Shown piece by piece: positions 10,990-24,500 of a DNA stretch of 64,000 bases. The notes beneath the pieces are model-generated. The model had not been told where the DNA came from, searched no databases, and was given only the letters and a program-made list of their open reading frames with translations. The translations under genes and the position numbers were made by a program. Source of the stretch: the human T2T-CHM13v2.0 reference genome, Homo sapiens; assembly GCF_009914755.1 (NCBI RefSeq), contig NC_060940.1. One strand, given 5' to 3'. How positions within the stretch are numbered: position 1 is the stretch's first letter; the number at the start of each line of letters is the position of its first letter.

Positions 10990-13030
10990 ATTCTTAGTCT
11001 ATTAAAATGGTTAATTATATTAACAGATTTGCTTAATGTTGAATCAACCTTGCATTCCAGAGTTAGAACTTACTTTTCATTAAGCATTATCCCTTTCATA
11101 TATTTCTGGATTCAAATTGCTACTATTCCATCAGGGATTTATATAGCTATGTTTAGAAAACACAGTAGTCTATAATTTTCTTGTAATGTCTTTGATACCA
11201 GGGTATTGCTGGCATCATGAATCAAGTTGGGGAACTTTCCCTCCTTTTATTGCTGAGAGAGAATTTGTACGATTGGTTAATATTTCTAACTTAAATGTTT
11301 AATAGAATTTAACCAGTGAGACTACATGGGTTCACAGTGTGCATGTGCCTGTCCATGTGTGTGTTTGAAGGTTCTTTGGTAATAAGTTCAATTTATTGTG
11401 TATGGTAGGGGTGGGGGCATTGTTCAGAGTTTCAATTTCATTTTGTATCAGTTGGATAAGTAAGTTCTGGCTTTTATGAATGTGTCTATAGGTTTTCAGA
11501 TTTATTGGTATTAAAATATATTCTCATTATATGTAGTAATATCTCTTCTTGAATCCTTTATATTGATAGTCTGTGTCTTTCATGCAAACCATAAAGAATT
11601 AAGGCCAAAGATATCCATCGAATGTAAGGAGTTAACTTATGATATATGCATTAGAGTGACAATAGCTATGGAACATTTTGGGGGCAATTGAAAAAATAGT
11701 CCCTACATATTTTCTGTAGTATTGTATTATCTCATGGACTATGATTAGCAAAGGCTGCTTTAGGAGTTACAATATTTTCCCTTAATCACAATCTGCTCTT
11801 CATATAACATAAAGATGCTCTAACAACAGAGTTTCATTTATCCCGTCATTTGTGTTATTATTGTATTATTTGTGTATATTACTCCAGCAACATTATCATC
11901 CTCTTAATAAGGTGGCATTACTTCGTTTAAACATTTAGGTTCCTTTTTGAAAAGTTAAGAGAATAAAAAACTTTATATTTGATCATATTTATAATTTCCA
12001 GAGTTTTTCATTCCTTCCTACAACTATTAGCTTCCATCTGCTGTAACTTTCCTTTACCCAGAAGAGCATTAGTATTTCTTGTAGAGCTGATCTAACTGCA
12101 GAAAATTCCCTCAGTTTTTATTTATGTAAAAATGTCTTCATTTCATCTAGATTTTTGAAGATCTTTGGAATGTATAGAATTTAGACGGACTGTTATTTTC
12201 TTTCCGCGTTTTTAAAATGTCACATTGCATTCTGGCATTTTTTTTTTTTTGAAGGGAAATCAGTTATCATTTGTATTTTTGTTCCTTTCATGTAATGTGT
12301 CATTTTTCCTTCACTGCTTTTAACATTTTCTCTTCATCTTTGGTTTATAGCAGTTTGACTATAACGCGCTTAGCTGTGCTTTTCTTTGTATTCATCCTCC
12401 TTAGCTCAGGGTCATGTCTTCCTATTTTTTCATAGGTCTAGTATTTGTTTTTATTATAGCTACACTATTTTGAATGATATGTTATGAAGGCTCTGAAATT
12501 TGTCTTCCCTTGACGTGTTAATTTTTAGTAAATGTTTAAGTTGACTGGCCTAAAATTTTTAACTCTGTCTCCCTAAGATGAATAGCAGCTAAAAATCTGT
12601 TTTTTGGGGCAGTTGCTTTTTAGTGGCCACTTTGACATCTTTCCTGTACATGCAAAGTCCAAGTCAGCCAAAGACTTAGGGATCTATGCGCAGATTTGAG
12701 GGGGCTTCTCTTTCTGTGTTTTCTTTTCAATAGGTTTCTCGCCTTACAGTCTAGCCATTCAGGAAGCCCTGAACTCCATTTCCCTGACTTTCTAAGCCAA
12801 TAAGTCTGTGTTTTTCTCCTTGAAGCCTGGGTCCCATATAAAACATAATAGGTACAGCAAATTTTATGCAGGGCGTTTCTCTTTTATTCAAAAAATATTT
12901 ACAGTTTCTGACTGCATTGGACCATTTTCTATTGCATTCAAATTACTTTCTTATATTGGTTCAGAGTTATAATCGCTGTCTGCTGGAAGTTTAGTCTAAT
13001 AAAAGTACTTTGCCATTAATAGAAGTCATT
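10990..13030 (-). mobile_element. Ancient L1M fragments, antisense, fragmented
   Basis: 'aatgttgaatcaaccttgcattcc', 'gtatttcttgtagagctgatcta', 'cagtttgactata...ttttctttgtattcatcct'. Confidence 0.7.
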
Positions 13031-13459
13031 CATATACTTTTTATTCCCAACTCTCATGTGAAGAAATTGAAAGACATAGATCCCATTTTTATGGCTATTA
13101 ACATAATACCTTGAACATAGTAGGGTTCAGAGGATATCTGTTGAATAAATTTAGGTCCTCACACACAATCTTTCTTTTCTTTCAATTTTCTGATTAAAAA
13201 TATAAGAGACAATTTCTACCTTAAATTCCGTTATACTCCTTACCCTCTACTCTATTTCATTTCACATGCCTGCATTATTTTAACAACCTCCCTGTTCTTT
13301 CTCTAAACCATCAGGTCTCCAATGTGTCTTTCACAATGACTAATTTACCTCTGCACGTACCACAAAGATAATGATTTCCAACTTCACTCTAAATAATAAT
13401 AAAATCTTTGTAACTATCACTACCAGAATAAGAAACCTAAATTTAAAAGTCAGCAAGTT

Positions 13460-13779
13460 GGCTGGGCACGGTAGCTGACGCCTGTAATCTCAGCACTTTG
13501 GGAGGTCGAGGCGGGTGGATCACTTGAGGTCAGGAGTTCAAGACCAGCCTGACCAACATGGTGAAACCCCGTCTCTACTAAAAATACAAAATTAGCCAGG
13601 TGTGGTGGCAGGTGCCTATAATCCCAGCTACTGCGGAGGCTGAGGCAGGAGAATCGCTTAAACTGGAGAAGCAGAGGTTGCAGTGAGCCGAGAGTGAGTG
13701 TTGCCATTGTGCAGTGAGTGTTGCCATTGTGCTCTAGCCTAGAGAACAAGAGTGAAACTCTGTCAAAAAAAAAAAAAAA
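13460..13779 (+). mobile_element. AluS (Sq/Sp-like) with internal 20-bp tandem duplication
   Basis: Full Alu; diverged TSD aaaagtcagcaagt / aagagttagcaagt; agtgagtgttgccattgtgc x2 at 13693-13732. Confidence 0.95.
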
Positions 13780-14656
13780 GAGTTAGCAAGTCATTTATCA
13801 CCTTCCAAATTCTGATTCCAAATAAACATTTCATTCTTTCATGTCTCCTAGAACCTGAATTCAAGCCACATCATCCTACTTCATTCACTAGGCCCTGCAT
13901 CCTCCCCACTCAACATCTCCCCTCGTTATTTTCTACTTGCCAAGTGTGCTAACCTTTTCCAGTTAAAAATAACATTTCCCCTGTAAAGCCTTAGAATTAC
14001 TCACACTAGGGGCCGAATAAGCACTTTGAGCCATGATTATGCTCCTTTATCATATTCTTTTGTTTTGTATTTCAGAAGGATTATCCTCCCACCTTTATAA
14101 ACATTTTGTAGAAAGTATGTTTTTTTAATTTGTGTTTCAAGTATAGAGCCAATTGTGTCGCACCGATAATTCCCTGATGCAACTTCAAAGCGGCACTACT
14201 CATGTAATTGTACCCCAGGTGGTTCCATCCATAGAGCAAAATGTAAATACTCTTTGCAAGTTGGAGAACTCAGCTGGTTCTTCATGTTGCCTGCTCAGCA
14301 ACTGCCTACAGAATATGATTAAAACTACTTAAACCACATTTTAATAAAGTTGAAAGGGACATGATGACCTCCCTCCACGCACCTCATCTATCATATTCTC
14401 AAGTCCTACATAGCTAGTAGATATTCTATGAATTACCACTGTGCTCTGTACCATCTCATGGTTTATCGAGGTCACAGATCAAGTATGAAAGTTCAGAAAG
14501 TTTCACTACTGGTTTATATCACTTTCATGTGGTGGCATCAGTGTTGCTAAAGGAGAATCTGTTTCCTGTCTGGGTTTTGTCCTACCTACACATGCAGCTG
14601 AGCATATTTACCCAGCTATTAAACCTAGAGAGAAAAATAACCTAGTATTGGAATGA

Positions 14657-15640
14657 ATTTTTATTTTTTCAGCCGTATTGAAGTATAATTGTCAAAAATT
14701 ATACAGATTCAAGGTGTACAATGTAATGTTTTGATATAGGTACATAAAAATGATTACTGGCCAGGTGCCCTGGCTCACACCTGTAATCCCAGCACTTTGG
14801 CAGGCCAAAGCAGGTGGATCACCTGGGGTCAGGAGTTCGAGACCAATCTGGCCAATATGGCATAACCCCATCTTTACTAAAAATACAGAAATTAGCCGGG
14901 CATGGTGGCATGCACCTGTAATCCCAGCTACTCGGGAGGCTGAGGCAGGAGAATTGCTTGAACCCAGGAGGCAGAGGTTAGAGCAAGCCGAGATCACACC
15001 ACTGTACTCCAGCCTGGGCAACAGAGTAAGACTGTGCCTCAAAAAAAAAAAAAAAATGATTACTACAATTGAGCTAATTAACATATGTATCACCTCATAT
15101 GCATCACTTCATCTGTGTGACACACAAAGTATGCATCACACATACCTACATTTTTGTGTGTGACGAGAATACTTAATATCTAACCTCTTAGCAAATTTCA
15201 AGACTGTAATACATTAACTATAGTCACCAGGCTATACCTTAGATGTCCAGAATGTATCCATTGTATAACTGCAAGTTTGTATCCTTTGAGCAACATCTCC
15301 CCATTTCCTCCAGCTCTTGATCCTTGGTAACCACCATTCAACTCTGTTTCTATGAGTATGACTTTTTTTAGATTCCACATATAAGTGAGATTTTCTTTCT
15401 GTTTCCAGTTTATTTCGCTTAGCATAATGTCCTGAAACTTTATGCATCTTGTTGCAAATGCCAGGATTTCCTTCTTTTTTAAGGCAAAATAATATTTTAT
15501 TGTATGTATAAACCAAATTTCCCACATATCACTGAGATCCTGATTTCAATTCCTCTGGATATATACCCAGAAGTGGGACTACTGGATCACATGACAGTAT
15601 ACATATTGCAGAACCTTCATACTACTTTCCATAATGGTTG
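14657..15640 (-). mobile_element. L1MA-type 3' end, antisense, interrupted by Alu and MER41A
   Basis: 'tttagattccacatataagtgagat', 'atatacccagaagtgggactactggatca'; L1 text resumes 'taccaattta' after 16215. Confidence 0.88.
14759..15056 (+). mobile_element. AluSx/Sz-like, full length
   Basis: Full Alu with poly(A); TSD aaaaatgattact on both sides. Confidence 0.95.
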
Positions 15641-16215
15641 TGTCAGAGGCATGTGAACCAGAGCAACTCCATCTTGAATAGGAGCTGGGTAAAATGAGGC
15701 TGAGACTTACTGGGCTGCATTCCCAGATGGTTAAGGCGTTCTAAGTCACAGAATGAGGCAGGAGGTCAGCACAAGATACAGGTCATAAAGACCTTGCTAA
15801 TAAAAACAGGTTGCAGTAAAGAAGCTGGCCAAAACCCACTAAAACCAAGATGACCACGAGAGCGACCTCTGGTCATCCTCACTACTACATACCCACCAGC
15901 ACCATGACAGTTTACAAATGCCATGGCAACGTCAGGAAGTTACCCTATATGGTCTAAACAGGGGAGGCATGAATAATCCACCCCTTGCTTACCATATAAT
16001 CAAGAAATAACCATAAAAGTGGGCCACCAGCAGCCCTCAGGGCTGCTCTGCCTATGGAGTAGCCATTCTTTTATTCTTTTACTTTCCTTAATAAACTTGC
16101 TTTCACTTTACTGAGTTCTTTCTTGCCCTGAATTCTTTCTTGCCCTCAATTCTTCACTGGGTGAGAGCCAGGAACCCTCTCTTGGGGTCTGGATTGGGGC
16201 CCCTTTTCTGTAACA
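15641..16215 (+). mobile_element. MER41A ERV1 solo LTR
   Basis: Starts 'tgtcagaggcatgtgaaccagagcaactccatcttgaatagg', ends 'ttttctgtaaca'; 4-bp TSD gttg/gctg; junction 'ggggaggcatgaataatcc' lacks the MER41B tandem GAS segment. Confidence 0.92.
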
Positions 16216-16667
16216 GCTGTACCAATTTATAATGGGAGAAATAAAAGTGAAAAAGGTAGAAATGTGAAAAAAATTAGGCTTCCTTGAGAAAAAAAAAAAG
16301 ACACCATGACACCCTTCATCCTTTTGTCTGCAACAATAGAGACTAGAAAAATAAAAAGCATCAAAATATATGTTCTGAGTCTCGTTGGCAGTGAAAGTGG
16401 CCATGAACTTAGTTGTTTCCCACAGGGTAAAGAATGATGACTCATCTTCCTCATAAGAGGGGGAGCTGCTGTGCCCCTACCCTCCTCTTTCAACTTTGAA
16501 GGCAGCTATAGTATTTGTAGCAGCAGCACCTATTTTGCAAACACAAGACACCACCAAACAAATCTTACAAATGTCAGCTTTTACGTGATTGAACTGCTGA
16601 ACAAACTCCAGTAGCTGCTTACCTTTGAAACTTTTTTTTTCAAAGTATTATTGTATTTATTTATTAC

Positions 16668-17257
16668 TTTTCTTTTTTTTTTTTTTTTTACTTTAAGTTC
16701 TGGGATACATGTGCAGAATATGCAGGTTTGTTACATAGGTATATATGTGCCATGGTGTTTTGCTGCACCTACCAACCCGTTATCTACGTTTTAAGCCCTG
16801 CATGCATTAGGTATTTGTCCTAATGCTCTCCCTCCCTCCCCTTGCCTCCCACCCTCCAACAGGCCCCGGTGTGTGATGTTCCCCTCTCTGTGTCCATGTG
16901 TTCTTATTGTTCAGCTCCCACTTATAAGTGAGAACATGCGGTGTTTGGTTTTCTGTTCCTGTGTTAGTTTGCTGAGAATGATGGCTTCCAGCTTCATCCA
17001 TGTCCCTGCAAAGGACATGAACTCATTCTTTTTTATGGCTGCGTAGTATTCCATGGTGTATATGTGCCACGTTTTCTTTATCCAGTCTATCATTGATGGG
17101 CATTTGGGTTGGTTCCAAGTCTTTGCTATTGTGAACAGTGCTGCAATAAACATACATGTACATGTGTCTTTATAACAGAATGATTTATAATCCTTTGGGT
17201 ATGTATCCAGTATAGGGATTGCTGGGTCAAATGGTATTTCTGGTTCTAGATCCTTGA
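16668..17257 (-). mobile_element. 5'-truncated L1PA (PA7/PA8-like) carrying ORF2p C-terminus remnant and 3'UTR
   Basis: ORF 16911-17273 reads DLEPEIPFDPAIP...CMFIAALFTIAKTWNQPKCPSMIDWIKK...HRMFSLISGS, the L1 ORF2p C-terminus. Confidence 0.95.
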
Positions 17258-17454
17258 CTATTTGTTGAAACAATCAAATTCAGATTTATTGTCACTTGCA
17301 GCAATATGCATTTCTAACTGAAATGTGACCTATTAGTATGTAAGTTTTCTTATGTCCCAAACACTGTCCTCTGCCTTTTTTTTTCTCATTTAACCCTTAT
17401 GGTAACACATGATACCTCCATTTTTAAGTTGCGTATGTTGAGACTTATGACATA

Positions 17455-17722
17455 TAATGATAGAGTGAATAGTTAAGAATACAGACTTGGGTATCAAACA
17501 GACCTAGGCTTCATCCCTGGACCTTGCCAATTCCTATTTAAATGATATTTGGCATGCAACCTCTTTAAGCTTCAGCTTCCTAATCTGCAAAACAAAGACA
17601 AAAGAAGTCACTAATTACAGAGTAGTTTTTTAGGATTAAGTGAGTTAATATGTGTAAGTGCTGAAGAAGGGCCTTGCTTGCATATAGTAGGTAATGAAAA
17701 AATATTAGCCATTGTCATTATT
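17455..17722 (+). mobile_element. MIR, near full length
   Basis: 'gttaagaatacagacttgg...aacctctttaagcttcagcttcctaatctgcaaaa...ggattaagtgagttaatatgtgtaagtgc'. Confidence 0.85.
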
Positions 17723-19104
17723 TTTGTTGATATGTTATTACTACCCTACATCACAGAAATAGAAAGTGATGCATTACTAATCAAAAAATAACATAAAACA
17801 ATAAATAATTGATGATAAAGAACTTAAATGATTTTTTTATCCCTATGATTGTCTTTTTTTCATCTACACTATGGTAAGGATAATTAGATAGCTAAAATTT
17901 CTCCAAGAAGTCATAGGAATTCAATTGACACTCTGCTGTGACATTTTATATTTCTAAAACCATGATTTTTGTGAGGTCAGAAAATGGTAGAGTGAGACTT
18001 AACAGGTAAATATGTACATTTTTTGATGTTTATGATATTTTTATCATCAAAGTTTTTTTAGATCAGGGCAAGTCTTAAACACACTGAAAATTACTCTGTG
18101 CATGCCTCGGTGCATTAACAATGGGCACATATGCATGTGCATGTAGACATACGTATGAATATCCATCAAAACCCAGGCCACCCGCTGGGTAGATGGTGAT
18201 AATTGTTATGATTGTTCGAGTGATGAATACACTATGTTAAATGAGAATTTGATTAAGCTGGCACCTGAGTCGACCCTGATGCAGGCAGCAGGCAGGGTTA
18301 TAGTGATGATGTATCTTACTTTTTTTGTTTATAAAAGAGAATGTTAGACAAATAACACTGCCTACAAGTTTGCAATTCAATCTTTGAGGAGCATGTATTA
18401 CAATGTCTCATTTCAGTCAGCATAGAAATAACAACCAAACTAGAATTAACTAGAATTTCAAATAACATTAGTAGCCCTGTCAGTGATACCATAGCCACTG
18501 AATCCTAACAAATGTGTTTAGTGAAAAAGCTTCCAACACAGTGCCTGTTAAATCAAATGGAGATGGGGAAGGAGCAAAGTTTCTTGGGTAGAATATTCTG
18601 GAGTTCTTCCAATTAGAATATTTGGGCATCTCTTTCTCCTTATATCACTAAAAAGATGGTACATAGAGGAATACATGAAATTATAGCAATAAATAGTGAT
18701 GCATCTCTGACCAACTAAAGTGGCCATCTGGTTACTTGCTTTAGAGAATTATCCAAACGAAGTCACCTTACAGTTGATTTATGCCATCATGGGAGCTTAA
18801 CACCAAATGGAAACCACAAGTTTATTTTCTTCTGATTTAAGAAATATTTTCCATGTGAAAAGCACACTTCTTAAAAATGGGATTGATGATAGAGCATTTT
18901 TTAGAAACTGATTTCTAAAAGATCTTTTATGGCTAGTCCCTAGAGAAAAGGCTTTATAATCTGTTGAAAAATTAAGTGATAATCTAGATACAAATCATTA
19001 TAGACCTAATTTATATGAAGAATAAATATGTCTGATGGAAGCTTATGAAAAGAGTTGAAAGGAAAAGACTAGCACCTGACTGTGAATCTGAATGTAGAGT
19101 TGCT

Positions 19105-19310
19105 GCTTGGCTTTGGAGCATGTCAAAACTGTGTTTACATTCTAACTGCCACTGATCAGCCATATGACCTTGGGCAAGTCCCTTGGCTTCCAGAAAGATG
19201 ATGTTAAGTGGAAACAACTCATTTACTCCCTGAGATCGTGAAAAGGCTGAATGAGATTCTCAGCAAAGGTCCTGGCCCATAGAATTGGATCAAAATGGTA
19301 ATTTTTAGTA
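19105..19310 (+). mobile_element. MIR fragment
   Basis: 'ctgccactgatcagccatatgaccttgggcaagtccctt'. Confidence 0.7.
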
Positions 19311-19739
19311 TTAGTGCAATCAAAGGCAATGGAAAAGTATGAATTTATTCCTACAAACCTTCAGTAAATTTAGATTGCCAAAATATGTGATACAGAAAAT
19401 AAATTACAATTCTTAGTAGTAAAGACTTCCCAGCCTATCTGTGTAAATGGATAACTATAAGTTTATTAGTGTAGGTAAATTGGTATATTCCTCAAGAGTA
19501 TCTTCCATGACAAAGAATGAAGTGGCTCTCATTAGTGTTAATTGTTGGTAGTTTTAGTACGCTCTCTCTCTCTGTGAATATAAACAAATATTTATAAAAA
19601 CCCACAATTTCACAAGAGAAGCATTGATCATCATTTTCTTATACTTACTATGTCACAGAATAAAATCTAACTCTGAAAATGGCCTGAAAATCTTTGATCA
19701 TATTAACTAATGTTCATTTAGTGTTTACTGAGAAAATAA

Positions 19740-19900
19740 TCTATCCTTTAATACTTAAAAGCCCTATGAGTGCTTATTATCAATAACGTCTTTACAGATA
19801 GGAAACCTAAGAAATAGAAGAGTTGTATGGCATTCCAAGGCATAGGACTATTCAATGGAAAAGCCAAAATTCAAAGCCAGGCAGTTTGGCTCTGTGATGA
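19740..19900 (-). mobile_element. MIR fragment
   Basis: 'tttacagataggaaacctaag', 'attcaaagccaggcagtttggctc'. Confidence 0.7.
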
Positions 19901-19954
19901 CACCCTCAAAACAATTTTACTGAAATAAACTACAATGGTAGACCCTTGAATTAT

Positions 19955-20342
19955 TGTATGAGTCACATTTCTCCAGAGAAGCAGAATGAAGAGGATATAT
20001 ATATATATATGTATAGATGTATAGATGTGCATAGATATGTATAGATATGTGTATATGTGTGTATATATATATGTATATATATGGAGAAGACAGAGGGAAG
20101 CAGAGGCAGAGAATGAGAGAAAGAGAGGCTAACATGTATGGTATGTTGTGTATTGGCAGCAGGATTCCACAAGGACTCCACCTCGTCATGGAGCTCATAG
20201 TTTAATGTAGAAAGAAGATGGTTTGTTTTCAGTAGCCACAGACCAGCAAACACATTAGGTAGCCAATGTTGCACCTTGGGGTGTCAACATAAAACTCAGG
20301 GAGCCAATGTCTATACCTTCGGGTATCAACATAAAACTTACA
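19955..20342 (-). mobile_element. MLT2-like ERVL LTR remnant with (TA)n/(TATG)n expansion ~19995-20082
   Basis: 'tgtatgagtcacatttctccagagaagcagaa...ggatatatat' is the antisense MLT2 3' end; right boundary uncertain. Confidence 0.55.
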
Positions 20343-21092
20343 AACCTGATACATTGAGTCTTTTGCCCATTCAACTCTAGAACACTGGATACTTGAAACA
20401 TGACATTATTTTCTCAATGGATAAGAGAGTAATTTTCCATCCAGAAAACCATTTGAGAACATGAAGGCTGCAAAAGTGCAAGACATTTGATAACTTATTA
20501 GAAGGACCTCATGCTGTTTATCATTCCAGTGCTGAAGCTTTAACCATGAAGAAAAAGCAAAGTTTACTTATGCTGGCAATATCTCCATCTTTTCTTTGAT
20601 AAATACCTCTCGCAAGAAACCCACATATCCTAAAGCTATCAATTTTGCCTTATAAATGTGACAAAATATCAGTAGAGTTTGATTTTACTTTACCTATTAG
20701 ATTTGTTTCTCCAATATATGTGAAGATAATCTTATATATTGATTAATTCTGCCATTGATTTTCATTATGATTTAGAAATATAGTCTCTAATAAAAAATTC
20801 CAAACTGAATAATGAACAAAATTCAACTTTCAATCGCTGACTTTCATTATAGCATCAACAGTGAATCTATTCATTTTCCTATAACAGAGGCAAAAACTTG
20901 GTGAAAAATCTAAATGCACACGATAATTACATGCTCACTATGAAGCAAATCATCTCATTAAGGCTTTATGTTGCCCATGTTTGTTACTGATCTACATGTT
21001 TGCCAGAAAATGCCACATGACAAGGGGTTCAGTAAAACTCAGAAGTTATGTTTCAGCTATCTTCAGTGTTTGCTTGTTGATCAAATGTTTAC

Positions 21093-22263
21093 TTTATTTT
21101 TAATCTGTATAAATATATGGCAAACAACAAGTGCATTTTATTACATGCATACATTGTAGCTTGGTGAAATCGGGGCTATTAGGATATCTGTCACCCAAAT
21201 AATGTACATTGTATCCATTAAGTAATTTGTCATCGTTCATCTCTCTCTCACCCCCTTACCCTTCTATCATTCCATATTGTGTGTCCATGTGTACACATTA
21301 TTTAGCTCCCATTTATAAGTGAGAACGTGCTATCTTCTTTGTATGACTTGTTTCACTTACGATAATGGCTGCAAATCCTACCCATGTTGTTGCAAATGAC
21401 ATGATTATATTCTTTTTTGACTGAATAATATTCCATTTTGTACATATAACACGTTTTCTTTGTTTAATCATCCATTGAGGGACAATTAGGCTTATTCCAT
21501 ACCTTTGATATTGTGAGTAGTGCTGCAATAAACATACAAATACAGGTGTTTTTTGATATGATTTCTTTTTCTTTGGGTAGATATCCAGTAGTGAGATGGC
21601 TAGATCAAATGGTAGTTCTATTTTTAGTCCTTTGAGACATCCCCATACTGTTTTCCTTAGAAGTTTTACTAGTTTACATTCCTACCAATGGTGTGAAAGA
21701 GTTCCCTTATCTCTGCATCCTCGCCAACATCTTTTTTTTTTTTTTTGACTTTTTAATAGTTATCATTCTGACTGAGGTAAGATAATATCACATTGTGGTT
21801 TTAATTTGCATTTCTCTGATGATCAGTAATGCTGAGCATTTCTTCATATGCCTGGTGGCGATTTGTAGGTCTTGTTTTGAACAATGTCTACTTAATTCTT
21901 TTGCCTACTTTGTAATCAGATGATTTTGGTTTTTTTTGTTGAGTTGTTTGAGTTCCTTGTATATATATACTGGATATTAGACTCTTGTCAGATGCATATT
22001 TTACAAATGTTTTCTCCCATCCTTGAGGTTGTCTGTTCATTCTGTTGGTTGTTTCTTTTTTTGTGCAGAAGCTTTTTAGATTAATTAAGTGTCATTTGTC
22101 TAATTTTAGTTTGGTTACCTGTGCTTTTAGGTCTTTGTCATGATTCTTTGCCTATATCAATATCCAGAAGAGTTTTCCTTAGATTTTGTTCTAGTATTTT
22201 TATAGTTTCATGTTTACATTTAAGTCTTTAATCCATCTTGACTTGATTTTTGTGTATGGTGAC
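21093..22263 (-). mobile_element. L1MA2/3-like 3' portion, antisense
   Basis: 'tttagctcccatttataagtgagaac', 'gtgctgcaataaacatac', 'gtgcagaagctttttag', 'taagtctttaatccatcttg'. Confidence 0.92.
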
Positions 22264-22509
22264 ATTTATTCAGAGCTGGTGCCTAATTAGATAACCATTT
22301 ATGTCAATAATTTACTGACAGAATTTCAAAGTTGTCATTTAACCAGCTAGTTTATTTACAGAGATACCAGAATTGAGCTTTTCAGGCTTAAAGTGGTTAA
22401 GAATAATATCGTTGTTCTTTTTTTTTTCTCTGCAAGTTTTATGGTCTACTGACCAGAGGTTAATTTGTATTCATTTGAGGTGTAAAGTTTTGAAATAGAT
22501 TCTTCAAAG

Positions 22510-23045
22510 TGTGGAGAACTACTTGGAACTCCAGGGTTGGTATAAAGATTATCGTAAGCTGAAAATATTTGAGATTTAACAGAGACCGAAGGAAGCCTTC
22601 TTGGAAATTTTCTTATCTGACCAAAAACAGAAACTTCTCAGAAGTGTGGATGGCATCTTTAGGGCAGCTTCTACTACCAGAAGAGAAACCTAGAGTAAAC
22701 TAATCATTAAACCCCTTCTCTGAAGGAATTTATGGCCCTGAAGAAGACTGAAAGACTATTCATATTTGTATAGACCAATATCATCACAAACTATTTTTAT
22801 CTCTAATTTGTTCTGCTAAAAATCCATTTGTCTTTTCTAAAGAAACTTGTTTGTAAGCTGTTTCTACCCTCTCCATTTCCCCTGCTCAGATATATAAGCC
22901 TTTAATGTTAACCATTTAATGAGCCAGCTACTTCTTTTGTTGGCTCCTGTATGCAAATGGATTCACTTTTTTCCCTGTTAATTTGTCTTTTGTCCACTTA
23001 ATTCTCAGGCCTCAGTTATTAAACTTAAGAGGATACAGAAAAACA
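22510..23045 (+). mobile_element. ERV1 solo LTR, MER34/MER89/MER90-group-like
   Basis: 'ggtataaagattatcgtaagctgaaaatatttgaga'; TATA-like 'tatataagcc'; 3' end 'cctgttaatttgtcttttgtccacttaattctcaggcctcagtt'. Confidence 0.65.
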
Positions 23046-24500
23046 AAGCAGCATCTTAGAGATTTCTAGAATATGCTGCTCTGGAGAAGGGAAGGGGGTA
23101 TGAAATTGGAAGGACATCAGAGAGGTACTGTTACGAAAGATCTCACTGCATCTATAAAATTGTTGGGAAGTCTCATTCTCTGAAACAAGCTTGAGATGGG
23201 CACAGGATTGATTCTTTTCTTGTGGAGGTGCCAGATTTTCACATTTCATTTTTAATTCCATTTTTATATTCCTTAGTAGATTACATTGATCCAAAAGTTT
23301 GACACTAAAAATGTTCAAAATTTGAACTATGAAACTGTTTTCCCCTTAGGTACTTATTCTCCAGATGTGTATCCTGCAAAACAAATACCCCTATGTTTAA
23401 TTTTAAAGTAAAAGTAATTTCACCCTCTTCCCTTCCCCTTTCCACACAGAGATTTTCTCATATTTAAAGTGCAGCTAACAACTTTTTCTGTCTTAGAATT
23501 TTTAGTGGCATCTGCATGAAAATTAAGAAATACTTTGGGAAAGTAATTTAATTTTGCAAATGCGAAGCTTATCTCTGCTCATCACAGAGGCAGTAAAACA
23601 TAAGAGATTTCTATAATAGAAATTTCAATTTAAAAAAACCTTACAGAAATACATTATAATGAAGTAAACAATCTTGGAAGCAAAGCCTCAGTGGCAGAGC
23701 ATCCCAATGACACATTTGTCTGGCCAAGAATTTAAAACCACAGAAGCCTGAAATGCCACTGTCCAGTCCACCAGACTGTTTGCAGTGATGTTGCAGCTTA
23801 ACTTTTTTTTTTTTTTTACTTCCAAGACTTCTGGCTCCTGGCAGAAGACAAAAAGCTTCAAGTTGAGAAAATCAACTCAGAAAAAGAGAGAACATTTAGG
23901 CTTTGAAGAAATACATGTGTTGTTTACACACTTTCATCCTTTAGAACGTGGCTATATTCCCACCCTTAAAGAAAAAGCCAAAAGTCAGCACCATCTGCTT
24001 TTAGAAATAATGGCTAGTGCACCTCTACATTCTTCAGTGGGGAAAAGTCCTGCCCTCCCTGAATATGGCAAACAAATTGACTTCAGCGTGATGAAATAGC
24101 TGAAACAGCTTTTCTGTATCTGGCAATTTTTCTTTGTGAAATTAATTTTGCAAATGCACATTGCCCTGTTCGAATTACAAGTATTTGGAAAGGATTTGTT
24201 TTTCTTTTTTCTGTACTACAGCTAAAAATCTGAGCAGTGTCTCAATAAGGTTAAGTAAGATTAAGCAGTCAAAAAATAATCATTATTGGAGCTTCTCTGC
24301 CACATGTGTTGATTTTATCTATAAAAATCACTTCAAGGATGATTGCCATTACAGTAGCATTTTAACTATTTATTGCCTTCAATAAATAAATGATGCAAGA
24401 CCCTTTTATAAAGGGTTGCTTTGGATCCTAGAGATGGAAAATGTACTCCTATACCATTAGGACTTAATTTTCATTCATTGATGTCTAACCATAGTACTGT

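Noticed and set aside
16911-17273. 120-aa ORF as a gene
   Set aside because: It is the C-terminus of L1 ORF2p in a ~0.6-kb truncated insertion
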